Assembly (NCBI GenBank): GCA_965207225.1
Contig: CBDBLV010000004.1
Location: forward strand, 544,001-608,000
DNA length: 64,000 nt
Direction of reading: 5' to 3'
DNA from: Dehalococcoidia bacterium
GTDB taxonomy: Bacteria; Chloroflexota; Dehalococcoidia; Plut-88900
Shown here: in pieces, positions 18,640 through 28,525 of the stretch
How the letters are laid out: each line of letters opens with the position of its first letter
How positions within the stretch are numbered: position 1 is the stretch's first letter
Notes under the pieces: generated by a model
Told to the model about the DNA's origin: nothing
The model's database searches: none
Seen by the model: the letters and a program-made list of their open reading frames with translations, nothing else
Position numbers and translations under genes: made by a program

Positions 18640-19700
18640 CCAGGCTCCGCAAATGTCAGCGCTCGCTTCGGGTTCTCCACCAGAATGCGCTGGATGTCGT
18701 CCTCCCGAAACCCTTTGATCCGCATCCTGGGTACCATGTATTCCAGGAAATACCCGTATCCGTGACCGCCGTATTTCACGAGGTGAGCCTTCTGGGCTAT
18801 GTCATGTCCCACCACTATCTGGCCCCCGTGCCCCTCGCTTATCAGCCACTCGATCACATTCAGACGCTGTGCGTCATTCATGATGTCTATATGAGGCGCC
18901 GGTGGATAATAGCTGACCTCCTGCCCAAAGACGTCGTACTCTAGGAAGCACCCCGTCTCAGCCAGCTCCTTTATCAGCCTTCTGTCGAATAGTGTCCTGT
19001 CCAGATGTCCGACTATCACCCGCGTTAGGTCAGCTCCTGCTTCCTTCAGAATCTCCATTATCTCCGCAGGGCACGACTGGTCCCGACCCGGGTGAATCAA
19101 TATCGGCGCCCCCGTCTCCCTCTGCGCCCGAGCCGTGGCTCTCAACACCTTCCTCTCGTTGGGATGTAGCGGGAAGGAACACCCCACCTCCCCCAGCACC
19201 CCCGACCGAACACCCGTGATACCCACACCATTCCTTACGTCTCTCACCATCTGACCCGTCAATGAATCCTCGGTCCTTTCGTCCATGTCCGCGGGATGCC
19301 GTGAAGCTACGTAAAAGGATGACCCCATGATGATGTGCACCCCTGTACCCCGGGAAATGCGAGCCAGCCCTACCGGGTCACGTCCGATGCCTATGTTCGT
19401 GGCATCCACCAGCGCAGAACCGCCGAATTGCTTGTATAGCTCTACCTCCTCGATGAGGGTCGAGATATCATCCAGCTTGGCGTTGTCGCTGTTAGGCCAT
19501 CGACCGTGATGAATCCAGCCTAGTATGCCCAGGCTGAACGGAGCTTCATATCTCCCCCTGTAGCTGGCCTCCTCGGGCACTGGAAACACGCCGTCAAAGG
19601 ATCCCAGGATGTGCTCGTGGGTCATGGTCGGCCCCAGGTCCCCAGGGTTTATCGGCCCGAGAACCGTCTGCACTCTACCGGCCTGGCTGACGCCCTTCAT
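18636..19700 (-). CDS. phosphotriesterase-related (PTER-like) amidohydrolase
   Basis: same motifs; tandem paralog. Confidence 0.9.
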   Translation of the reverse strand: MKGVSQAGRVQTVLGPINPGDLGPTMTHEHILGSFDGVFPVPEEASYRGRYEAPFSLGILGWIHHGRWPNSDNAKLDDISTLIEEVELYKQFGGSALVDATNIGIGRDPVGLARISRGTGVHIIMGSSFYVASRHPADMDERTEDSLTGQMVRDVRNGVGITGVRSGVLGEVGCSFPLHPNERKVLRATARAQRETGAPILIHPGRDQSCPAEIMEILKEAGADLTRVIVGHLDRTLFDRRLIKELAETGCFLEYDVFGQEVSYYPPAPHIDIMNDAQRLNVIEWLISEGHGGQIVVGHDIAQKAHLVKYGGHGYGYFLEYMVPRMRIKGFREDDIQRILVENPKRALTFAEPG

Positions 19701-19789
19701 GACCGCGTCCCCATGTTCGCTAGCTTGTATATATCAGAAGCTGACTGAACAGTCTTTCCTCAACCGGAGGAGACAAGCTGAAAGCCTTC

Positions 19790-20860
19790 TCATTCCTCCA
19801 CCGGCTCCACGAACGCCAGCGCCCGCTTCGGGTTGTCTATCAATATCCGCCAGATGTCCCTTTCATCAAATCCCTTGATACGCATCCTCGGCACCATGTA
19901 TTCCAGGAAGTAGCAATACCCGTGGCCCCCGTACTTCACCAGCCGGTTCTTCCGGGCTATGTCGTGCGAGACAAGCAGCTGACCCCCGTGCCCCTCGCTG
20001 ATGAGCCAGGCCAGCATGTTTAGCCTTTGTCCATCGTTGGGCATGTCGATGTGCGGCGCGGCCGGATAGAGCGAAGTCTCCTGCCCGAAGACGTCGTACT
20101 CCAGGAAGCATCCGGTCTCCGCAAGGTCTTTGAGTAGTTTCTTGTCGAAGATGGTCCTGTCCAGGTGGCCAACAATCACCCGCTTGGGGTCAGCCCCTGC
20201 TTCCAGCAGGATGGACATTATTTCCGCCGGGCTTGACTGGTCCCGACCCGGGTGTATCAGGATCGGAGCACCCGTTATCCTCTGGGCCCGGGCCGTGGCC
20301 CTCAGCACTTTCTGCTCGTTCGGGCGTAAGGGCCACGTGCACCCCACCTCCCCCATCACCCCCGACTTGATTCCCGTATTTCCCACACCTGTTAGGACAT
20401 CACTTACTATCTGATCGATGAGCGACTCCTCGCTTCTGTCATCCATGTCCGCGGGATGCGTCACCCCGACGTAGAACGACGACCCCATGATGATGTTCAC
20501 CCCCGTGGCCCGGGATATTCGCGTCAGGCCTATCGGGTCCCGACCCAGTCCCATGCTTGTGGCATCTACCAGCGCCGTGCCGCCGAACTGCTTGTAGAGG
20601 TTCACCTCTTCAATGATCGTAGGGATGTGGTCCAGCTTGGAGTTGTCTTTGTTTATCCCTCGACCGTGAAGCAGCCATCCTAGGATCTCGATGCTGAATG
20701 GGGCTTCCCACCTTGCCCTCTCACTCGCCTCCGTCGGCTCCTTGTACACCCCCACCGTCGAGACTAGCAGGTGTTCGTGGGTCATGGTGACCCCGAGATC
20801 ATCCGGGTCTATAGGCCCGAGTACCGTCTGCACCTTCCCGGCTAGGCTTTCACTATTCAT
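19790..20860 (-). CDS. phosphotriesterase-related (PTER-like) amidohydrolase
   Basis: same motifs; tandem paralog. Confidence 0.9.
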   Translation of the reverse strand: MNSESLAGKVQTVLGPIDPDDLGVTMTHEHLLVSTVGVYKEPTEASERARWEAPFSIEILGWLLHGRGINKDNSKLDHIPTIIEEVNLYKQFGGTALVDATSMGLGRDPIGLTRISRATGVNIIMGSSFYVGVTHPADMDDRSEESLIDQIVSDVLTGVGNTGIKSGVMGEVGCTWPLRPNEQKVLRATARAQRITGAPILIHPGRDQSSPAEIMSILLEAGADPKRVIVGHLDRTIFDKKLLKDLAETGCFLEYDVFGQETSLYPAAPHIDMPNDGQRLNMLAWLISEGHGGQLLVSHDIARKNRLVKYGGHGYCYFLEYMVPRMRIKGFDERDIWRILIDNPKRALAFVEPVEE

Positions 20861-20890
20861 GGATTGCCCTCAACGCGTACGCAATCGGCC

Positions 20891-21604
20891 CTAGTCCCTG
20901 ATGTTGAAGCCGCGATAGACCTCTGCGTATTTCAGACCCCTCGGCTTTCCGTTTTCGCTGCGCCATAGCCTCATGTATTTTTCGGCGTCCTCTGGCCTGA
21001 CCTGGCTTCTGTGTTGCTTCAGGGCCTCGATAGCCGTTTCAATGGTGTCCGATACATCAATGACTGTGTTGGCGTCGTCTCCCCGGTCCAACACCAGCAA
21101 CGTGGCAACCTTGTGTGGTTCGAATCCTTCATCCAGGAGCTCCGGGAACGTGAGCCGGTCCCGCGCCGCTGGGTACACCGCCGACAACGTCGCTTCTCCC
21201 ACCGCTATGTGGTCCGGATGCCCAATGTAGTCCCCGTGATCGAAGCTGCGTATCGGGCAGGGAGCGATCAGGATGTCGGGCCTGTGCCTTCTGATCTCCC
21301 TGGAAATGTCCTTTCGCAACTCAAGGGATGGGGTAAGCATCGCATCTTCATAGTCCAGGAAGATAACGTCTCGGACTCCGAGCACGACCGCTGCGTCCCT
21401 TTGCTCCTGCCTTCGCATTTCGGCAAGTTGCTGGTTGTTTATCTCCGGTACGTCGGTACCCTTGTTTCCGTTCGTGCATATCACGTAGACCACATCCATC
21501 CCCTCCCGACACCACTTCGCCACCGTCCCCGAGCATCCCCACTCCGCATCGTCGGGATGGGCCACTATCACCATCCCGCGCTGAGGCTTGATATCGTCTT
21601 CCAT
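20891..21604 (-). CDS. PIG-L family deacetylase
   Basis: AHPDD, HPDH, HRSQ motifs. Confidence 0.9.
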   Translation of the reverse strand: MEDDIKPQRGMVIVAHPDDAEWGCSGTVAKWCREGMDVVYVICTNGNKGTDVPEINNQQLAEMRRQEQRDAAVVLGVRDVIFLDYEDAMLTPSLELRKDISREIRRHRPDILIAPCPIRSFDHGDYIGHPDHIAVGEATLSAVYPAARDRLTFPELLDEGFEPHKVATLLVLDRGDDANTVIDVSDTIETAIEALKQHRSQVRPEDAEKYMRLWRSENGKPRGLKYAEVYRGFNIRD

Positions 21605-21655
21605 GCTCCTTGTACCTCTGTGTTCGATTAGTTGATTTGAAAGTAGGCCTTGACG

Positions 21656-22405
21656 TCAGCCGTACCGGTCTATCAGTTCACGGGTCAGGAGAGTCAGGCC
21701 GGAGATGATTATGACCGCAACCACCGCAAACCTCAACATCGACTCCCGCATCTTCCCCACCAACCGGGAAGCCACCCAGAACCCGACCAGCGTCGCCGGC
21801 AGCAGCATCAGGTTGAGCAGCCATCTCTCTCCCGTGTACACACCGAATATCACGTACAGCACGATCGCAAAGACCGCAACTGTCGAGTAGTAGACCGCTA
21901 TCGTCACCCGGATAGTCCGTGGCCCGTGACCCTGGTTGAAAAGGTGCCACGCCACAATCGGGATTCCGACCCCCAGTCCCGTTACCAGCGCCGCCCCGCT
22001 GAACCCGAAAACCGCATCCGAGATCTTGGACTTTGGTATCGGGACTCTCCTTCTCGCAAGGCTCACCACGGCCAACACTACTATCACCGCCCCAATGAGT
22101 ATCTTTAGGGCATCGGGTGCAAGGGTCTCCAGGACCAACAGACCCAGGGGTACCCCGCACAGCCCTGCGATCACCAGCGGCCGGGCCGTCTCCCCGGACA
22201 CCTCCTTCCTGTTGCGCACCCCGATCATCGCCAGCCCCACAAATGACAGGCTGTTGACTGCCAGTACTACCGGCTGCGGCTCCAGCACCAACAGAAGTAG
22301 CGGTGACAGCATCATCCCCATACCGAACCCCACCAGCCCCGCCACCACCGAGCTTGCAAACACCGCCGCCAGGGCGAAAGCAAGCTCTCCACCGGAAAGA
22401 AGCAT
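21656..22405 (-). CDS. TauE/SafE family sulfite/sulfonate exporter
   Basis: GLVGFGMG motif, about 8 TM segments, 249 aa. Confidence 0.8.
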   Translation of the reverse strand: MLLSGGELAFALAAVFASSVVAGLVGFGMGMMLSPLLLLVLEPQPVVLAVNSLSFVGLAMIGVRNRKEVSGETARPLVIAGLCGVPLGLLVLETLAPDALKILIGAVIVVLAVVSLARRRVPIPKSKISDAVFGFSGAALVTGLGVGIPIVAWHLFNQGHGPRTIRVTIAVYYSTVAVFAIVLYVIFGVYTGERWLLNLMLLPATLVGFWVASRLVGKMRESMLRFAVVAVIIISGLTLLTRELIDRYG

Positions 22406-22480
22406 TATCCGGTGCTCTCCATCCCGACCGCTGGTTCTTCAGTTCCCACCCGACCCTCGTTCAGGTAGAATCCAACTACC

Positions 22481-23851
22481 ATGTCTATCCTTCTGACCGA
22501 AGCCACAATAGTCACCTCCAACCCAGACAGCGAAGTCCTGTACGACTCCTCCCTCGCGGTGGACAAGGGCCGCATCGCCGCCCTCGGCTCCACCACAGAT
22601 CTCCTCTCTCAATTCCCTGACGCAGAGCAAGTCAATTGTCGGGGCAAGACCATATTTCCAGGGCTGATAAACGCCCACACTCACCTCATGCGCACCGTGG
22701 GTCGGGGCATCCTGGAAGATACGGGTTACCCTAGCACTCTGCAACATCCTGAGGACATCCGGGACATCCTCACCCCCGACGAGACCCTGGCCATGACCAC
22801 CCTCGGGGCCCTGGAGTCTATCAAGAGCGGGGCCACCGCCGTGCTGGAAATAGGTCGGAACGTCGCATCCTATGCCCGCGCCCTTTCCAGCACGGGTCTG
22901 CGTCTGGTCCTCTCCGAAGTCATCGATGACCTGGACCCCGGGCCCGCCCGTCTGGGTAACTACGAGTATTCCGAAGAAAAAAGAGAATCCCGACTCGAAG
23001 TCGCCGAGGACCTGGTCAAGGAGTGGCACGGCGCCGCTTACGGACGAGTCACCTGTTTCCTCGCCCCCGGCACCCCCGAGTCCTGCTCCCCCCAAATGCT
23101 CCGCTCCGTAAGGGAGATGGCCGAGCGCTACCACATCGGCTACACCATCCACCTCTGCCAGAGCATGGTCGAGATGAATTCAATTTACCGCATCCACGGC
23201 ACCCGCCCTACCCACTACCTCTTTGCCAACGAGTTCCTCTCCCCCCGACTCCTCACAGCCCACAACCGCTACGTAGACCACTCCGAAATCGCAATGCTCG
23301 GCTGGGGCAAAGTGAACATCTCCAACAACCCGGCCATCGCCGCCCGACGCGGCACTGCCGCTCCCGTTCTCGAACTGGAAGCAGCGGGGTGCAACATCGC
23401 CATGGGCTCCGACAACATGACCCATGACATGGTCGAGGTCCTCCGTTCCGGCGTTTTCTACGAGAGGGTGCGGCGCAACTCCCAGATGCACCCCATCCCC
23501 GAGGACGTCCTCCAATGGGCAACCATGGGCTCGGCCCGTGCTCTCCGCATCGACGACAAGGTCGGGTCCCTGGAGCCGGGCAAGCACGCCGACCTCTTCA
23601 TCATCAACTCCTCCCGCGCCCATCTCGTCCCCAACCTCCGAATCGTCTCAGCCTTCGTCCATAACGGCCAGGCTGGCGACGTTGAGTCGGTCATGATAGA
23701 CGGCAAGTGGGTCATGCGCGACAGAGAAGTCCTCACCATCGACGAGCCTAGAGTCGTGGAAGCCGCCCAGGAAGTCGGGACCCGAGCCTGGCAAAAGCTC
23801 CTCGAACACTACCCCAACGTCCCCTTCCCCTTCACCCTCACCCCAAGCTAG
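22481..23851 (+). CDS. metal-dependent amidohydrolase (MTA/SAH deaminase-like)
   Basis: PGLINAHTH, IHLCQ, MGSD, GSLEPGKHADL. Confidence 0.88.
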   Translation: MSILLTEATIVTSNPDSEVLYDSSLAVDKGRIAALGSTTDLLSQFPDAEQVNCRGKTIFPGLINAHTHLMRTVGRGILEDTGYPSTLQHPEDIRDILTPDETLAMTTLGALESIKSGATAVLEIGRNVASYARALSSTGLRLVLSEVIDDLDPGPARLGNYEYSEEKRESRLEVAEDLVKEWHGAAYGRVTCFLAPGTPESCSPQMLRSVREMAERYHIGYTIHLCQSMVEMNSIYRIHGTRPTHYLFANEFLSPRLLTAHNRYVDHSEIAMLGWGKVNISNNPAIAARRGTAAPVLELEAAGCNIAMGSDNMTHDMVEVLRSGVFYERVRRNSQMHPIPEDVLQWATMGSARALRIDDKVGSLEPGKHADLFIINSSRAHLVPNLRIVSAFVHNGQAGDVESVMIDGKWVMRDREVLTIDEPRVVEAAQEVGTRAWQKLLEHYPNVPFPFTLTPS

Positions 23852-23891
23852 CGCTCAATTCTATGTTTGTCCCAAAGGGGGAAGGGGCATT

Positions 23892-23918
23892 CCGCTCGCC
23901 CTGAGCGAAGTCGAAGGG
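23892..23918 (+). repeat. REP-like repeat family R1 (CCTGAGC..GTCGAAGG)
   Basis: CCGCTCGCCCTGAGCGAAGTCGAAGGG; related copies near 37852, 44950, 54590, 55146. Confidence 0.7.
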
Positions 23919-24014
23919 TCTCAAGAGCGGCGTAGGGTAGGTGGGGCAGGGCGCAATCACACGCTATAATGCCTCCACCGCGAGCCCTCTCACCCGACCA
24001 AAAAGGAGGCCCTC

Positions 24015-25544
24015 ATGCGCGTAAGACCCCCGTCCCTCGACACCCTGGCCGCCATCGCCGAATCCTTCGGCATGGAACTCTCCGAGGAGGATCTGGATTC
24101 CTTTCACGGCCTGATCGCACCCATAATGGCCTCCTATGAACGGCTCGACCAGCTCCCCGAGCCTTCTCTCCCCGTCAAGTACCCCAGGACCCCCGGCCAC
24201 CGCCCCGCCGCCGAGGACAATCCCCTCAACGCCTGGTACTGGCGCAGCGAGATCAAGGGTGCATCAGAAGGCCCATTGGCCGGCAAGACCATTGCCATCA
24301 AGGACAACGTTTCCGTCGCCGGTGTTCCCATGATGAACGGCACTGCCATCCTGGAAGGCTACGTTCCCGACTCCGACGCCACAATCGTCACCCGAATCCT
24401 TGATGCCGGTGGCACTATTCTCGGCAAGGCCGTCTGTGAAAGTCTGTGCATATCCGGCGGAAGCCACACTTCGGACACCGGTCCCGTCCGCAACCCCTAC
24501 GACCCCACCCGCAGCGCCGGGGGCTCGTCCAGCGGCAGTGCTGCCCTGGTCGGTGCGGGCGATGTCGACATGGCCATTGGCGGTGACCAGGGAGGTTCCA
24601 TCCGCATCCCCGGCTGCTGGTGCGGGATCTACGGCCTCAAGCCCACCTACGGACTGGTCCCATACACCGGCATATTCCCTATTGAGATCACCCTTGACCA
24701 CACCGGCACTATGGCCCGCTCCGCTGCCGACTGTGCCCTCCTTCTGGAAGCCATCGCCGGCCCCGACGGCCTGGACCCCCGCCAGAATGCCAACCTCCAG
24801 CCCCAAGCCTACGCCCAGGCCCTTACTGGTGACATCTCGGGCCTACGCATCGGGGTGCTGGAGGAGGGTTTTGGAATAGACGGCCTTTCAGAAGAAGACG
24901 TCGATGAGTCGAACCGGGAGGCCGCCGCAGCCTTCGAAAAGCTAGGCGCGAGCGTCACCAGCGTTTCCGTACCCTGGCACAAGGACGGCGTCCATGTATG
25001 GAATGGTATCGGCATCGAGGGCTTGACCCTCCTCATGATCGCCGACAACGGCATGGGCACAAACTGGAAGGGCCACTACTCCACCTCCCTCCTCGACGCC
25101 TTCGCCCGAGGCCGCCGCACCCGCGCCAACGACTTTTCGGAAACCGTCAAGATGGTCATCCTCCTCGGCCAGTATCTCCACGACGACTATCACGGGCGCT
25201 ACTACGCCAAGGCCCAGAATTTAGGCCGTAGCCTGAAGGCCGCCTACGACCAGGCCTTTGAGGACGTTGACCTCCTGTTAATGCCCACCCTCCCACTCAA
25301 GGCCACCAGGATCCCGGGCCCCGACGCCTCCCGCGAAGAGTATGTCGCTAGAGCCTTGGAGATGATCCCCAACACCGCCCCCTTCGATATCACAGGGCAC
25401 CCTGCCATGACCGTACCCTGCGGCATGTCGGAGGGGCTGCCTGTGGGATTGATGCTGGTCGGGCGCACGGGAGAGGATGCCACTGTCTTACGCGCGGCCG
25501 ACGCCTTCCAGCGCAACATCTACTCCCCCGACTACCCATCCTGA
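24015..25544 (+). CDS. amidase (amidase-signature family)
   Basis: IKDN, GGSSSGS, GDQGGSIRIP catalytic triad motifs. Confidence 0.93.
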   Translation: MRVRPPSLDTLAAIAESFGMELSEEDLDSFHGLIAPIMASYERLDQLPEPSLPVKYPRTPGHRPAAEDNPLNAWYWRSEIKGASEGPLAGKTIAIKDNVSVAGVPMMNGTAILEGYVPDSDATIVTRILDAGGTILGKAVCESLCISGGSHTSDTGPVRNPYDPTRSAGGSSSGSAALVGAGDVDMAIGGDQGGSIRIPGCWCGIYGLKPTYGLVPYTGIFPIEITLDHTGTMARSAADCALLLEAIAGPDGLDPRQNANLQPQAYAQALTGDISGLRIGVLEEGFGIDGLSEEDVDESNREAAAAFEKLGASVTSVSVPWHKDGVHVWNGIGIEGLTLLMIADNGMGTNWKGHYSTSLLDAFARGRRTRANDFSETVKMVILLGQYLHDDYHGRYYAKAQNLGRSLKAAYDQAFEDVDLLLMPTLPLKATRIPGPDASREEYVARALEMIPNTAPFDITGHPAMTVPCGMSEGLPVGLMLVGRTGEDATVLRAADAFQRNIYSPDYPS

Positions 25545-25586
25545 TACGGCCTCGTTTGCAGGCACACATGGCAAAGGAGCGGACCA

Positions 25587-26222
25587 GTGGAGATGAACGA
25601 AAGCCGCCGTCGACTCGCTGCAGCCTACGCCTTGGAGAGCGAGAGTCAGCTCCTGGAGCAATATGATTCCTGGGCCGACGTCTACGACGCCGATCTCGCA
25701 TCCTACGGATACCGCATGCCCCCGGTTGTTACCGGTCTGATAGTGAGACACATACCCGACACAAGCAGCCCAATATTGGATGCAGGGTCCGGTACAGGCA
25801 TTCTCGGGGAGGGTCTGCATGTCCTCGGCTACTCCAATGTCACCGCCCTGGACATATCCGAAGGCATGCTAAGGGTGGCCGCAAACAAGGGTATCTACCG
25901 CGCCACCCGGCAAATGGCCCTCGGCGAACACTTGGACTTCTCCGACGATTACTTTGCCTGTATCGCCGCAATGGGCGTTCTCACCGTCGGCCACGCGCCG
26001 CCCTCGTCCCTGGATGAGTTCGTGAGGGTTACCAGGCCCGGAGGCGTCATCATCTTCAGCATGCTCCACCAGGAACCGGTCGAGTCCGACTTTAGACGCA
26101 AACAGGACGACCTTGAGCACCGAGGCCTATGGCGGCTCGCCGAAGATACTTCTTACTTCCAAAGCCTCCCCTACGGCGAACCCGACGTCTCCCACAAAGT
26201 CTACGTCTACCGAGTCCTCTAG
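25587..26222 (+). CDS. class I SAM-dependent methyltransferase
   Basis: YDSWADVYD, ILDAGSGTG, LDISEGML. Confidence 0.85.
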   Translation: MEMNESRRRLAAAYALESESQLLEQYDSWADVYDADLASYGYRMPPVVTGLIVRHIPDTSSPILDAGSGTGILGEGLHVLGYSNVTALDISEGMLRVAANKGIYRATRQMALGEHLDFSDDYFACIAAMGVLTVGHAPPSSLDEFVRVTRPGGVIIFSMLHQEPVESDFRRKQDDLEHRGLWRLAEDTSYFQSLPYGEPDVSHKVYVYRVL

Positions 26223-26231
26223 GAGGGGCCT

Positions 26232-27224
26232 TCACCCCCCAAACACCGCATTCGCAAACCTCTCGATAATCTCCTCAAATGTTGGGTAAGGGCCCCCCGC
26301 CCCGGGCAGTGTAATCACAACCTCGCTGATCTCCGGCATCTCAGCTAGCGCAGCAACTTTCTCTCTGACCTCTCCGGCATCTCCTGCAACCGCAAACCTA
26401 TCTATGAATGAGCCGAGCCCTGGCACAGGAGGCATTTCTGCTCCTCCAAGGCTCGCAAAGTTGTAGTCCCTCCTGAACACTTCTATCGCCCGTTTGTCCT
26501 CCTCGCTGAACCGACTCTTGTCCACCATGTTCAGCATAGTCAGCACCCGACCCTGCACATGCGAACGCGCCACCGCCCCGTCCTTCGCCACCGACGTTAT
26601 CACCCACGCCGCTCTCTTCACCACACCCGACTCCCTCCCTGCCTCCGACTCCCCCTCGCTCACTAGATCCATACCGTCCTTCACCTGTGACGGCACCGCT
26701 CCGTAGTGAAGCAAAACGCCATCCGCCACCCGCCCCGCCGACTTCGTAATCCTCGGCCCGGACACCGCAAAATAAATCGGTATCCCTGTAGGCTTATCCA
26801 AGTACGAGATGCCACTGCTGACCCCCCTCCCGAACTCCACCTCCCCACCCGACAGCAGACCCCTCACCTTCCCCGTGTACGCCTCCAGCGATGCAATGGT
26901 TGACCTCTTAGCCCCGATGCTATTCACCAGCGTGTTCCCGACACTCATCCCCAGTATCAACCTGCCCTGAGCAATGTCATTCAGCGAAGCGAACGCCCCC
27001 GCCGTCACGCTGGCATGTCTTGTCCGGGGTGCCGTGACCCCTGCCGCCAATTTGATCCGGGACGTAGCCAGGGCGCAGGCCGTAAGCGTTACGTAAAGCT
27101 CCCGACACGTTAGCTGTGAGTCGATCATCCACGCGCTTTCGTAGCCCAGGTCTTCAGCCAGCTTCACCTGTTCCACCACCCGGGGCACGGGCAAATTACT
27201 CACGATGCCAACGCCGTATTTCAT
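26232..27224 (-). CDS. LLM-class (Mer-like, probably F420-dependent) oxidoreductase
   Basis: AEDLGYESAW, GRLILGMSVG, IPIYFAVSGP, GRVADG. Confidence 0.85.
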   Translation of the reverse strand: MKYGVGIVSNLPVPRVVEQVKLAEDLGYESAWMIDSQLTCRELYVTLTACALATSRIKLAAGVTAPRTRHASVTAGAFASLNDIAQGRLILGMSVGNTLVNSIGAKRSTIASLEAYTGKVRGLLSGGEVEFGRGVSSGISYLDKPTGIPIYFAVSGPRITKSAGRVADGVLLHYGAVPSQVKDGMDLVSEGESEAGRESGVVKRAAWVITSVAKDGAVARSHVQGRVLTMLNMVDKSRFSEEDKRAIEVFRRDYNFASLGGAEMPPVPGLGSFIDRFAVAGDAGEVREKVAALAEMPEISEVVITLPGAGGPYPTFEEIIERFANAVFGG

Positions 27225-27332
27225 ATCGCTTCGTCCTGATTCCAGAGTTCAACCAAATGGGCGCGTTGATGTAAGGTGATGATTATAGTGGGTCTATGCC
27301 TAAACGGCCGGGAGTTGGCGAACGGCCCGGAG

Positions 27333-28445
27333 CTACATGTCCCGGTAGATCGCCAGCCCTTCCGTAAGCCTGTCGGTCCGGTCCAGCCCGACGTAACGCG
27401 CATTACCCAGATACGTCCGCACGAAGTCCCCCAGCAGGTTCCCGACCCGCCTCATCCCCGTCCTCACCCCCTCCACCCCGTGGCCCATGATCACACCCAG
27501 CGACTCCGGCAGCACCGGGTCTTTCAGGTCCCTAACCATCTGGGTCTCCGCAATGTCCAGGACTCTATGGAACACCCTCTCTTTCTTTGGCTGCTCCGAC
27601 AGCGAGTACTTGACGTGGGCCAGGCTGTAGGTCAGGTGTCTGGCCTTATCCTGAAGGCATCGCGCGAATATCGCCTTCTCTGCAGGATTGTGCGCAAACA
27701 TCTCTCCGTATCTGTAAAGCGTCTGCGTGAACGACCCCCTGAGAACGTGCAGGAACAGGCATGTCGAGGTCCAGTCGTTGTTGCTTTGCAGTATCACCCT
27801 GTCCACTTCAGCCCGGCTCTCGAGTCCCAGGCCCCCGCCGTTGCTCAGCGCCCGCTTCCTGAACGCGTCGAAGTGTCGGGCCGCATCGAAAACTTCTGAG
27901 GCTAGGAACACCTTCACCTCGTGGAAGCCGTAGGACATCTGCTGTATCCAGCCTGCCACGGTCTCGTATTCCACGTTGGCCTGCTGGCACAGCTCCGTGC
28001 ACAGCTGGCACATGGCGCGCTCAACGTCGTCCGGCAGCGGTTCAATAGTGTCCCAGGGAATGTCGGTAGCCGGCACCCATCGTTTCTGAATGGTCTCCTC
28101 GTACAGGTCGGCGGCGTTGTCAGCCCACAGTTCCCGCTTGTGCCTCAGGTTGATGTTGGCGATGAATGGGCGCTCTGCACTGGGATAGGCCCCGCGCAAA
28201 GCCCGAGTCCGGTCTTCGTGGTATTCCGGGATCTCGCCGTAGATCCCTACGTTCAGAGACCCGATCGTCATGCCCTTCTTGCCGGGCTTTACCCTTACTC
28301 CCCACTCCAGGTTGTGCTCCATCCAGTCAAGCGACAGTTGGGGAGTCTCGGACTCTTCTTCCTCCACTATCTCCTGCAGGATACGCTGGTGCCTCTTAAC
28401 ACCAGCTTTCTGTTGACCCTCGGTTCTTTCTTCGGATTTGGGCAT
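27333..28445 (-). CDS. ferritin-like protein lacking the Glu iron ligands (putative structural subunit)
   Basis: paralog of 28526..29620 (LYEE..Q..W..ATDIPW, RKRALSNGGGL) but with DAARH and DKARH. Confidence 0.75.
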   Translation of the reverse strand: MPKSEERTEGQQKAGVKRHQRILQEIVEEEESETPQLSLDWMEHNLEWGVRVKPGKKGMTIGSLNVGIYGEIPEYHEDRTRALRGAYPSAERPFIANINLRHKRELWADNAADLYEETIQKRWVPATDIPWDTIEPLPDDVERAMCQLCTELCQQANVEYETVAGWIQQMSYGFHEVKVFLASEVFDAARHFDAFRKRALSNGGGLGLESRAEVDRVILQSNNDWTSTCLFLHVLRGSFTQTLYRYGEMFAHNPAEKAIFARCLQDKARHLTYSLAHVKYSLSEQPKKERVFHRVLDIAETQMVRDLKDPVLPESLGVIMGHGVEGVRTGMRRVGNLLGDFVRTYLGNARYVGLDRTDRLTEGLAIYRDM

Positions 28446-28525
28446 GTTTAGACAACCTGTGGTCTAGTTTGTGTCGCAGGTGCGGAGCGCCTGGCGCCCG
28501 ATTAGGACACCCGCGCCCGACGCTA

